From an uncultured Collinsella sp. (GTDB lineage: Bacteria; Actinomycetota; Coriobacteriia; Coriobacteriales; Coriobacteriaceae), in NCBI GenBank assembly GCA_900546755.1, contig UREC01000009.1:69-64068 (forward strand): a DNA stretch of 64,000 nt, read 5' to 3'. This document shows, in pieces, positions 17,932-26,551 of this stretch (position 1 is its first letter; each line of letters starts with the position of its first letter). A model generated the notes under the pieces. It made no database searches. It was not told the origin of the DNA and saw only the letters and a list, made by a program, of their open reading frames with translations. The position numbers were made by a program, and so were the translations under genes.

Positions 17932-19557
17932 TTACTCCTTATCAAACGAAACATCGGCGGCAGGAAGCTCAATCGTAAAGACAGAGCCGTGCGGGTCCGC
18001 CGCGGCAACCCCTATGCTACCGCCATGCGCCAGCGCAATGGAGCGGCAGAGCGAAAGCCCCAGACCCACACTGCGGCAGCTATCGGCTAGGCCATGGTTG
18101 GCGATATAGAACGACTCAAAGATTCGCTCGCGGTCCTCGGGCGCAATGCCCGGGCCGTCATCGGCAACCGAGCACGCCACGCATCCATCATGGACGCCAA
18201 TCGAGATCACGATATGCGAGCCTGCGGGCGTATAGGTAATGGCGTTGTTCACCAGATTGACCACCAGCTGCACCATCAGGCGCGCGTCGACGTTGACGAG
18301 CGCCGGCTCATCGCACGCCACTACCTTAAGGTCGTGCTCACGTACGGCCGGGTTTACGTGGCGCAGCGCCTCCTCGACGATATCGTCCATGAGCTCGAGC
18401 GTGGTCGACAGATGCATGCCGCCGCCCTCGAGCTTGGTAATGGCGAGCAGGTTCTCGACGGTGGCGTTGAGCCATTGCGCGTCCGAGCGAATGGATAGGA
18501 GCAGGCCGCGGCGCGTCTGGTCGTCGAGCACGGCCGTGCCAGTCGAGCCCTGGTCGAGCAACACGTCGGCATTGCCCGAGATACTGGTAAGCGGCGTGCG
18601 CAGATCGTGCGAGATGGAGCGCAGCAAGTTGGCACGCAGCTGCTCGTTTTTAGCGAGCACCGCCGCCTCCTCGCGGGCCTCCATGGCGCGGGCGCGATCG
18701 AGAGCCAGCTCGCCTTCGCTCACGATGGCATCGGCAAGCGTCCGCTCCTCGGACGTCAGCGCATCGGGCTCGGCGACAATGGCGAGCACCCCCACCACCG
18801 AGGCGGGATCACCCGCGCGCACCATGGTGTCGCCCGAGTGCACGGTCAGGTATATGCCAAAGAACGCCGAGCCGCCATAGGTGGCATCGAGCGGCGTTCC
18901 CACATAGGCGGATGCCGAGAGCCGTGGCGGCATCTGCGGCGCCAGCTCGTGCACCGGCGCGGCATCGCCCACGGCCGTGTACATCGTGCGCGGCAGCAGG
19001 TCATCGTCGTCGACATCGGCGCTATACCACACGACCGGACAGTCCGAAAGACGCGCCAGTTGCGTTGCCATAGCATGCACAATCTGTTGCTGATCGCCGC
19101 ACCGCTGCAGCATGCGGTTGGTCTCGAGCACCATCTGCGTGCGACGGTCGCTGGCGGCAGCCTGCGCCAAGGCGCGGCGCAGGGCCAGCGCAATCGAGCT
19201 CGACACGAGCGAGACCACAAACATGATAAAGAACATGCCGGGATAGACGCGGTCGATGAGCGACAGCGAGTAGCGCGGGTCGACAAACAAATAGTTGTAG
19301 AGCGCCACGGCGGCAGCCGAGCTCAGCAGGCAATACAGGCGGCTCCAGGTAAAGAATGCGCACAGCTGCACGGCAAACACATAGACGATCATGATGCTCG
19401 GCGCGAGACCCGGACGGTCGAGCAGCGCGCCCACAATCGTCGCCGCGACCAGCAGCCCCGCTGATACGCAGGCGTCATACAGAGGGCTGCGACGCGTCAG
19501 CGTCGTGCGCCGCCACCAAAAGTTCTCGGCAATATCGCCGTCCGTATGGACGTCCAT
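17932..19557 (-). CDS. kdpD: KdpD-type sensor histidine kinase lacking the N-terminal KdpD/Usp sensing module
   Basis: Starts directly with the TM block (DUF4118-like), followed by a GAF-like region, HisKA 'SISHDLRTPLTSI' and HATPase 'GLGLSLCRSIALAHGG'. It is 541 aa, against roughly 890 aa for canonical KdpD. Confidence 0.85.
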   Translation of the reverse strand: MDVHTDGDIAENFWWRRTTLTRRSPLYDACVSAGLLVAATIVGALLDRPGLAPSIMIVYVFAVQLCAFFTWSRLYCLLSSAAAVALYNYLFVDPRYSLSLIDRVYPGMFFIMFVVSLVSSSIALALRRALAQAAASDRRTQMVLETNRMLQRCGDQQQIVHAMATQLARLSDCPVVWYSADVDDDDLLPRTMYTAVGDAAPVHELAPQMPPRLSASAYVGTPLDATYGGSAFFGIYLTVHSGDTMVRAGDPASVVGVLAIVAEPDALTSEERTLADAIVSEGELALDRARAMEAREEAAVLAKNEQLRANLLRSISHDLRTPLTSISGNADVLLDQGSTGTAVLDDQTRRGLLLSIRSDAQWLNATVENLLAITKLEGGGMHLSTTLELMDDIVEEALRHVNPAVREHDLKVVACDEPALVNVDARLMVQLVVNLVNNAITYTPAGSHIVISIGVHDGCVACSVADDGPGIAPEDRERIFESFYIANHGLADSCRSVGLGLSLCRSIALAHGGSIGVAAADPHGSVFTIELPAADVSFDKE

Positions 19558-19576
19558 CAGCGCACCGCCCCTCTCT

Positions 19577-19621
19577 CAAAAACAAAAACCACCACAAAGG
19601 GGACAGGCACCTTTGTGGTGG
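19577..19621 (-). terminator. Rho-independent terminator after kup, 20 nt upstream of the kdpD start
   Basis: Minus strand: accaccacaaagg-tgcctgtcc-cctttgtggtggt followed by ttttgttttt. The loop and stem are related to the hairpin at 59014-59046. Confidence 0.75.
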
Positions 19622-19693
19622 TGGCCTCCTTGTGGTGGTTTCAAGTGTATAGCCTTTGCAGCCCGCAGTCGCTAGACAAACAGCAGACGTCGA

Positions 19694-21721
19694 CTACGGG
19701 CGCTCGTCGGGAGCCAGGCGCTGCATCTTGCTCACGGCCTTAAACTTGGTGAACAGCGGCACGTACTCAAAGCTCACGTTGGAGTTCTCCAGGCCGTACC
19801 AGCGCGCGGGAGTGCCGGCAGCGCGGCGGATGATGTACTTGAGCGTGATGGCCGTACGCTCGCTGGGCTCCACGTCGCTTTCGGGCGCCAGCAGCTTGCG
19901 GATCATGACGAACTTAAACGTGCCGATGTTGCCCGGATCCTTGTAGACCGAGTAGTCATGCGTCTGTGCCGGCAGCTCGCCGCTGGCAGCCAGATCCTGA
20001 ACAACCTGACGCAGATAGGCATTGACGCGCTGGTTGATCTTGTAGCCCAGATACAGATGCACGCGGAACACGTAGTCGGTGCCGAACGTCTCGACCGAGT
20101 AGGCAAAGGTATGCGGCTCCTCCATGGTCTCGACATTCACGAACCACCAGGCGCGAGCGCGCTTGGGGTGCTTGTCCAAGATCGAGTAGACGATATCGCG
20201 GTCGATGTAGTCGGTATTGGTGTCCTTGGTCAGGTACACGATGTTGTCACTCATAAGCTCGTAGCGATCGTCGTCGCGCAGGCGCTTGAGCTGCGGCAGG
20301 TAGCTGCGCAGCGGCAGCAGCGTAAACTGGCGCTGCTCAACAGCCGTACCGTTGTACCAGCACACCATGATGCCCATGATGAGCGCGGCCATGAGGATGG
20401 TGAAATAGCCACCGTGGAAGAACTTGGTGAGTGAGCTCACGAAGAAGAAGCCTTCGAGCAAAAGGAAGAAGGCCGCGAAGATCCACGGAGCAACCTTGAG
20501 CTTGCGCTCCTCATGCAGGTAGAAGAAGAGCAGCAGCGTGGTGCACATCATAGTCAGCGTAATGGCAAGGCCGTAGGCGGCTTCCATATGCGCCGAGTTC
20601 TGGAACAGCAGCACCACGATGACGCAGCCGACAAGCATGACGTTGTTGACCATGGGGATGTAGAGCTGGCCCTTGGTCTCGGCAGGATAGAAGACCTGCA
20701 TATGCGGCATGAGGTCCAGGCGGCTGGCCTCGGACACCAGCGAGAATGCGCCGGTGATGAGCGCCTGCGAAGCGATGATGGCCGCGACGGTGGAAAGGCC
20801 GACGGCAAAGGGACGCAGGCCCGGGGTGAGCATCTGGTAGAAGGGGTTGAGGTCGGCGATGCCCATGAGCTCCGGGTTGCCGGCGTTGTTGATAAGCCAC
20901 GCGCCCTGGCCCATGTAGGACAGCAGCAGGCAGCACTTAACAAACGGCCAGGTGGCGTAGATGTTGCCGCGGCCCACATGGCCCATGTCGGAATAGAGCG
21001 CCTCGGCACCGGTGGTGGCCAGGAAGCAGCTGCCCAAGATCATGATGCCCGCATGGTTGTTGGGGCTCAGCAAAAAGCCGATGCCACGCAGCGGGTTGAG
21101 GCACAAAAGCACCGCGGGATACTGGAAGACAAAGAACAGACCCGTACCGCCCAGGAACAAAAACCACAGCGTCATGATGGGGCCAAAGGCGTGGCCAATC
21201 TTGGCCGTGCCGATGCGCTGCACCAAGAAGAGCGCGATGATGATGGCGAGCGTGATGGCGACAACGCGGCCCTGGTCGTCACCGAGCACGGCGTGGACCG
21301 CCGGAATGGTGCGCAGGCCCTCGATGGCCGTGGTCACGGTAACGGCCGGCGTCAGGATACCGTCGGCGAGCAGTGCCGCGCCGCCCAGCATGGCGGGGAT
21401 GATAAGCCACTTGCCGCAGCGCTTGACCAGGCTGTACAGGGCAAAGATGCCGCCCTCGCCGTGGTTGTCGGCGCGCAGCGAGATCAGCACGTACTTGACG
21501 GTCGTCAGCAGCGTGACCGTCCACACGACAAGGGAGAGCGCGCCGAGCACGAACTCCTGCGTGACGCTTCCGATGCCGCCGTTGCCGGCAACGAGCGCCT
21601 TGGTTACATACATGGGGCTGGTGCCGATATCGCCGTACACCACGCCCAGCGTGACGAGCATCGCCGAGATGCTCACAGGAATCGCAGCGTGCGAGGCTAC
21701 TTCCTTTGCCTTTTGTTCCAT
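19694..21721 (-). CDS. kup: KUP/HAK/KT-family potassium transporter
   Basis: 'GVVYGDIGTSPMYV' signature, polytopic N-terminal domain plus a cytoplasmic C-domain. Start at the ATG at 21719-21721 after GGGAGGA. Confidence 0.95.
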   Translation of the reverse strand: MEQKAKEVASHAAIPVSISAMLVTLGVVYGDIGTSPMYVTKALVAGNGGIGSVTQEFVLGALSLVVWTVTLLTTVKYVLISLRADNHGEGGIFALYSLVKRCGKWLIIPAMLGGAALLADGILTPAVTVTTAIEGLRTIPAVHAVLGDDQGRVVAITLAIIIALFLVQRIGTAKIGHAFGPIMTLWFLFLGGTGLFFVFQYPAVLLCLNPLRGIGFLLSPNNHAGIMILGSCFLATTGAEALYSDMGHVGRGNIYATWPFVKCCLLLSYMGQGAWLINNAGNPELMGIADLNPFYQMLTPGLRPFAVGLSTVAAIIASQALITGAFSLVSEASRLDLMPHMQVFYPAETKGQLYIPMVNNVMLVGCVIVVLLFQNSAHMEAAYGLAITLTMMCTTLLLFFYLHEERKLKVAPWIFAAFFLLLEGFFFVSSLTKFFHGGYFTILMAALIMGIMVCWYNGTAVEQRQFTLLPLRSYLPQLKRLRDDDRYELMSDNIVYLTKDTNTDYIDRDIVYSILDKHPKRARAWWFVNVETMEEPHTFAYSVETFGTDYVFRVHLYLGYKINQRVNAYLRQVVQDLAASGELPAQTHDYSVYKDPGNIGTFKFVMIRKLLAPESDVEPSERTAITLKYIIRRAAGTPARWYGLENSNVSFEYVPLFTKFKAVSKMQRLAPDERP

Positions 21722-21844
21722 AAGCCAGTTTCCTCCCAATTTTAACGTTCGACGGGATTATAGGTAATCAGCCCATGTTTGAATGGTACTGTTTTCCCAG
21801 CTAAATAAACATTTATGCGGCCTTTAGGCCACCGCGGCGATATG

Positions 21845-21879
21845 GAATGTGACAAAGGGACAGTCCCTTTGTCACATTC
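21845..21879. repeat. Perfect 17-bp-stem palindrome, family 'gtgacaaagggac' (copy 2); probable terminator of the nitroreductase gene
   Basis: gaatgtgacaaagggac-a-gtccctttgtcacattc, directly abutting the stop at 21881. Confidence 0.7.
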
Positions 21880-21880
21880 G

Positions 21881-22753
21881 TCATTTTCCGAGCCAGTTCT
21901 TGAACCACCACTCCATGGAGCGGCTCATCTCGGCCATAAAGGGACTCGTGTGCTTACGGGTGTAGATATCGACGACGCGCTCGCCCACCTCGCGGGCGTG
22001 CGGGCGAAACATCGCGTCCATCTCGGCCACCTGCGCATCCAAGGTCGCGGCGTCGGCGCGACAATAACGCTCCTCATGCACCAGGTTCACCACGGGATGC
22101 GCGATCGCCGGGCGCTCCTTGCGGGGCGTGCCGATGATGAGCATCGACAGCGGCATGGTATAGGGAGGCAAGTCCAGCAGCGCGGCGACTTCCTCGGCGT
22201 TCTCGACGACATCGCCGATATAGCAGCTCCCCAGCCCCAGGGCCTCGGCGGCAACCACGGCGTTTTGAGCGGCGATCATGGCATCCTGTGCCGCGATGGC
22301 AAAGTCGCCCAGGCCCGGCGCACGACGGGGCGACTTGCCCGTGCGCTCGACAAACTCGGGCTCAAAGCAACCCACATGCTCAAACAGATCGATCCACTTG
22401 GCATAGTCGACTACAAATATGAGTGCCCAGGGCGCCTTGGCGATCATGGGCTGATGATCGCACAGGTCGGCCAGGCGGTCCAATGTGGCCTGCTCACGAA
22501 TGCTCACGATGGAATACATCATCATGGCGCCTGCCGACGGCGCACGGCTCGCCGCATGCAGAATCGCCGCCCGCTGTTCGTCGGTCACCGCCACGGGACG
22601 GTCATCGTCATCACGCGCGAAGGCACGCGTAGACGAGCGATGCTCCAAGATGTCCAGCACCGCGTTGCCCGTAGTCTCGACCGGATAGCCGTATGTATCC
22701 ACGACCGCAGCTCCGTCGCTGCCCATGTCCGCCTTGCAAACCTGCTCGCTCAT
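21881..22753 (-). CDS. Nitroreductase-family protein (long form)
   Basis: 'LDILEHRSSTRAF' and 'GLGSCYIGD' nitroreductase motifs. The start is uncertain, since the M10 alternative is possible. Confidence 0.8.
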   Translation of the reverse strand: MSEQVCKADMGSDGAAVVDTYGYPVETTGNAVLDILEHRSSTRAFARDDDDRPVAVTDEQRAAILHAASRAPSAGAMMMYSIVSIREQATLDRLADLCDHQPMIAKAPWALIFVVDYAKWIDLFEHVGCFEPEFVERTGKSPRRAPGLGDFAIAAQDAMIAAQNAVVAAEALGLGSCYIGDVVENAEEVAALLDLPPYTMPLSMLIIGTPRKERPAIAHPVVNLVHEERYCRADAATLDAQVAEMDAMFRPHAREVGERVVDIYTRKHTSPFMAEMSRSMEWWFKNWLGK

Positions 22754-22966
22754 CGCCCTACCCTCGCCATTTCTTTAAGAAGCCTTTACGTTTCCGTGTA
22801 ATTCCCGTCCATTATCGCGCAGGTCGCCGCTACATTGCGCAACACCGCCACGCACGCGCGTTATTATGGCTGGTTGTTGTGCGCAGTCACCAAATGCAGC
22901 GCATATCTTGGTAACAATCGGGTAAACCCCCGCTTTCGTAGGTTTTAGTTTGTGAGGAGTCTCAGC

Positions 22967-25267
22967 ATGTTCGCTGCCGCCATCTCGCTCGTCGGTCTTG
23001 CGGCGACCGTCTACCTTGTCTTGCGCGAGGCCAAGGCCATTCGCGCTCAGTCGGGCACCGTTGCCAAAAGCGCTCTTGGATGGAGCGTCGCCTTCGGCCT
23101 GTTCCAGCTCTTTTTGACCGTCTGGGGCGCCATTGGCCTCGTCGCCCAAAACGAGCCGCTCGCCTTTGTGATGCTCATCCTGACCAACGCCATCCTCACC
23201 GGCTGCGCTTGGGCCAGCATCGCCCGCGACCGTATCGCCCCGCGCGTCTTTGCGTTTGCCGCGCCCGATGCCCCCGCCCTCACCGGCAAGCTCGCCCGCC
23301 TGCGCGGCGCCTTTGTGGGCAAACCGCTCGTCGCCGCCGTCTTGTGCCTACTGCTCGCCGGCGTCTTTGCGCTGCTGGGCATGGAGGTCTCGTCCAACCA
23401 CGACTTTACCTGGATCTACCCCCTGTGCATTCTGCTCGAATGGGCCATTATCACCGTGCTCATGGTCGGCTTGTTCTTCCTATTCCAGCGCCACGGCGCA
23501 GCTCCCGCGGTCCTGGCCTTCGCCCTCTTTGTCCTGGGCATTGCCGAGTTTTTCGTCATCACGTTTAAATCCATGCCCATCCAGCCGGGCGACCTTTCGG
23601 CCATCTCCACCGCCGCCGCGGTCGCCGGCAACGGCTACACCTTCTCGATCTCGCTGTTCTGCGTGCTGTCCATGGGCTTTACCGCCATCGCCATGCTGCT
23701 GTGCGAGTACGCCGGCCTGGTGGCACCGCACCGTCAGAAGGGTGCCGCCAACGCCAAGCGCATGCTGCTCACCAACCTGCTCGTGGCAGTGCTGTGCCTG
23801 GGCGGCGTAACCGCGCATGTCACGCTCATCGACTACTACAACACCCTCGGCATCACCGTCTACACCTGGCGCCCGCTCGAGAGCTACTGGCGCGAGGGCT
23901 ACCTGCCCGCTTTCATTAGCGCAGCGCAGTCCATCAAGCCGCCCAAACCCGCCGACTACTCCGTCGACGATGCCAAGGCCACGCTCAAAAAGTACGCCAA
24001 GGCCTACGACAAGTCCGACGCGGCCAAGAGCGACGAGCGCGCCGCCGCAAAGGAGCAGTTCGACAGCGAGAAGCCCACGGTCATCGCCATCATGAACGAG
24101 ACCTTCTCGGATCTGTCAATCTACCAGAACATGCGCGCCGGCTACGAGGGCCCGCAGTACTTTAAGAGCCTGTCCAACTGCCTCAGCCGTGGCAAGCTCT
24201 ACGTGAGCGCCTACGGCGGCGGTACCGCCAATACCGAGTTTGAGTTTATGACCGGCAACTCCATGGCCAACCTGGGCTCGGGCGTGTACCCCTACACCAT
24301 CTACAACATGGAAACGACCGGGAACCTGGCAGAGCAGTTCAAGTCGCTCGGATATTCCACCACGGCCATGCACCCCAACCACGCGACCAACTGGAACCGC
24401 GAGAACGTCTACAAGGACTTTGGCTTTGACCAGTTCCTGTCCATCAACGACTTCCAGGGTGCCGACACCCTGCGCGGCATGGTGACCGACCAGGCGACAT
24501 ACGACAAGATTCTTGAGCTGCTCGACCAGAACGCCGACCCGCAGTTCATCTTCGACGTGACCATGCAGAACCACTCGGGCTACGACACGGGCCTGCTGCC
24601 GGTCGACAAGCAGATGCACCTGAACATCGACACGACCGACCTGGATGCCAAGACCGTCGAGGATGGCACGCTGTCCGATGTCGACGAGTATGTCTCGTGC
24701 ATCGAGCAGTCCGATCAGGCGCTGCGCTACTTCCTCAACGCCCTGAGCAAGCTCGACCGTAAGGTGGTCGTGGTGTTCTGGGGCGACCATCAGCCGTTCT
24801 TCCCGTCCAAGTTCAACGATAAGTGGTTTACCGGCGAGGACGACGCCACCCACCAGGAACGCTTGTGGCAGACCGACTACATCATCTGGGCTAACTACGA
24901 CGTTGCCGGTTGCGACCAGACGAGTGAGGTCGACGACCTGTCCACCAACTATCTGTCCACCCAGCTGATGCAGCTGATCGGCGCACCGCTGACCGACTAC
25001 CAGAAGGCGCATATGACATTGCGCGAGTCGCTGCCCGCCATCAACTCCGTCGGCTACGAGGACGCCAGCCTGCGCTGGGCGCTCTCCTCCAACGTCACCG
25101 GTGATGACGCCGTCGCCGCTGCTGCCACCAAGGCGCGCGAGGATTACGCCAAGATGCAGTATTACGAAATGTTCCGCGACGGCAAGAACGTCTACACCGA
25201 GCACTTCCAGACCGAGGCCAACGAAACCGACCCTAACTTGGCACCGGGTACGACCAAGATCAAATAG
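22967..25267 (+). CDS. LTA-synthase-family protein (polytopic N-domain + extracellular sulfatase/phosphoglycerol-transferase domain)
   Basis: N-terminal multi-TM block, then 'IMNETFSDLS', 'GGGTANTEFEF' and 'HPNHATNWNRENVY'. ATG at 22967, 7 nt after GAGGAG. Confidence 0.85.
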   Translation: MFAAAISLVGLAATVYLVLREAKAIRAQSGTVAKSALGWSVAFGLFQLFLTVWGAIGLVAQNEPLAFVMLILTNAILTGCAWASIARDRIAPRVFAFAAPDAPALTGKLARLRGAFVGKPLVAAVLCLLLAGVFALLGMEVSSNHDFTWIYPLCILLEWAIITVLMVGLFFLFQRHGAAPAVLAFALFVLGIAEFFVITFKSMPIQPGDLSAISTAAAVAGNGYTFSISLFCVLSMGFTAIAMLLCEYAGLVAPHRQKGAANAKRMLLTNLLVAVLCLGGVTAHVTLIDYYNTLGITVYTWRPLESYWREGYLPAFISAAQSIKPPKPADYSVDDAKATLKKYAKAYDKSDAAKSDERAAAKEQFDSEKPTVIAIMNETFSDLSIYQNMRAGYEGPQYFKSLSNCLSRGKLYVSAYGGGTANTEFEFMTGNSMANLGSGVYPYTIYNMETTGNLAEQFKSLGYSTTAMHPNHATNWNRENVYKDFGFDQFLSINDFQGADTLRGMVTDQATYDKILELLDQNADPQFIFDVTMQNHSGYDTGLLPVDKQMHLNIDTTDLDAKTVEDGTLSDVDEYVSCIEQSDQALRYFLNALSKLDRKVVVVFWGDHQPFFPSKFNDKWFTGEDDATHQERLWQTDYIIWANYDVAGCDQTSEVDDLSTNYLSTQLMQLIGAPLTDYQKAHMTLRESLPAINSVGYEDASLRWALSSNVTGDDAVAAAATKAREDYAKMQYYEMFRDGKNVYTEHFQTEANETDPNLAPGTTKIK

Positions 25268-25320
25268 CGGCTAGCTGCGAGTTCATAACTGAAACGTCTG
25301 TCCGGGCGGAGGCATATAAG

Positions 25321-25377
25321 GTTCCCTGCTCGGACAGTCCTGCGCAAGACGAAGGCCACATTAAGTGGCCTTCTTTG
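25321..25377. repeat. Left arm of a 56/57-nt near-perfect inverted repeat; contains terminator hairpin gaaggccac-atta-gtggccttc + tttg
   Basis: gttccctgctcggacagtcctgcgcaagacgaaggccacattaagtggccttctttg equals the reverse complement of 25751-25806, apart from one indel or mismatch. Confidence 0.85.
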
Positions 25378-25702
25378 TATTCGGAAAGTGTGTCCCGGAA
25401 TCTGCCTTCGGAATGGGACGCAGTTTCCGCTTGAGGGCCTGTTGGGAAAGCGCATCCCACTTCAAGAGTAAATTCCGGGTCGCACTTTCCGCTAAGGCTC
25501 TCAACCGGAAAGTGCATCCCATTCCAAGCCTTAATTCCGGGACATAGTTTCCGGACAAGACATCAACCGGAAAGTGGGGACCACTCTGAGCGCCGATTCT
25601 GGGACACACTTTCCGAAACACCGCCCATCCGGAAAGCCCGTCCCACTCCGAATACATCCAGGCATAAAATCATCAGCTTATTAGGCCTTCTATCAATAAA
25701 GA
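25378..25702. repeat. BIME-like repeat array, copy A: nine ~20-nt units in alternating orientation plus a conserved tail
   Basis: Units of type GGAAAG(Y)GCATCCCAYTCC alternate with their inverse AATTCCGGGWCRCASTTTCC. The tail is catcagcttattaggccttctatcaataaag. It is collinear with 35131-35450. Confidence 0.8.
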
Positions 25703-25750
25703 GACACCCTCCCGAGCGGCGGGCTCGAAGTTCATCGCGAGTTCCGCACG

Positions 25751-25806
25751 CAAAGAAGGCCACTTAATGTGGCCTTCGTCTTGCGCAGGACTGTAGAGCA
25801 GGGAAC
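25751..25806. repeat. Right arm of the 56/57-nt inverted repeat; serves as terminator for the minus-strand fibre operon
   Basis: caaagaaggccacttaatgtggccttcgtcttgcgcaggactgtagagcagggaac. It lies 45 nt downstream of the P4 stop. Confidence 0.85.
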
Positions 25807-25850
25807 TTCGTGCCAGCCGCCCGGGAGGGCGTTGCGTTTAGAAGATGGAC

Positions 25851-26549
25851 CTAGTACTTATCCCTCCGGGACAAAAGTAGCGCGGCTATAAAAGCGATGC
25901 TGGCAAGAGTTAGCAAAACTAAAAGCAACGTGAGCGTGTTGTCGCCCGTTGCCGCCAGACCAAGCAAGCCGGGCTTCTTGCTGTCAGCAGACTGCACGGG
26001 AATCTTCTCGCCATCGTCCTCGGCGGTAATCTCCCAGCGAATGGTCTTGTTTGCGTCGGCAAGCTCGTTGCCCACCGACGTCGGAACGCTTAGCTGCAGA
26101 TTAAGCACCGTGCTGTCATCGCTCGTAAACGTGGCGATTTGCGTGGGATAGGCGAACACGCTGCCCGGTGTTCCTGTCTGGAGCCAACCTGCAGAGGCAT
26201 CGCCCACAGTCGCCGTTAAGGTGATGGGCGATAGCAGATGTGCCGTCTCGTGATCGACAACAGCCCGCACAAACACACGTACCTGGGACTTTACACCCGT
26301 GGTACGAACCCCAATCTGTTGCTCGCGTACATCGCCGGGCATTAGATCTTTAAAGGCTGGAAACAGATCGGGCTCCCCCGAGGAGTCCGTCGCTCCCGAT
26401 ACCGTTAGCTGGCGTGCATTTCCGTCATAGGCAATCGTGGGAACGTCAGCAAACGCACGTGCAGGAACGGCAAGCGCGATAAGGCAGACGATTGCCGCCA
26501 TCACGCAGCGCAAGGAACACACAACGTCTTTACGAATCGGAGAAGCCAT
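25851..26549 (-). CDS. TasA/camelysin-like protein with Sec signal peptide and C-terminal LAxTG cell-wall sorting signal (P4)
   Basis: Signal peptide '...LIALAVPARAFA/DV', core motif 'LFPAFKDLMPGDVREQQIGV', and C-terminus 'LAATG' + 23 hydrophobic residues + 'SRRDKY'. ATG at 26547-26549 after GGAGGTG, 2 nt after the P3 stop. Confidence 0.8.
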   Translation of the reverse strand: MASPIRKDVVCSLRCVMAAIVCLIALAVPARAFADVPTIAYDGNARQLTVSGATDSSGEPDLFPAFKDLMPGDVREQQIGVRTTGVKSQVRVFVRAVVDHETAHLLSPITLTATVGDASAGWLQTGTPGSVFAYPTQIATFTSDDSTVLNLQLSVPTSVGNELADANKTIRWEITAEDDGEKIPVQSADSKKPGLLGLAATGDNTLTLLLVLLTLASIAFIAALLLSRRDKY

Positions 26550-26551
26550 AC

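Noticed and set aside
21722-21844. c-di-AMP (ydaO/kimA-type) riboswitch upstream of kup
   Set aside because: A perfect TATAAT (minus strand, 21757-21762) leaves a leader of only about 35 nt, which is too short for the riboswitch. None of its conserved ACGGGGA/CCCG motifs were seen.
25378-25702. The repeat arrays (also 35131-35450) as CRISPR arrays
   Set aside because: The units alternate in orientation, are imperfect and have irregular 10-25-nt gaps rather than uniform spacers. No cas genes or leader are present.
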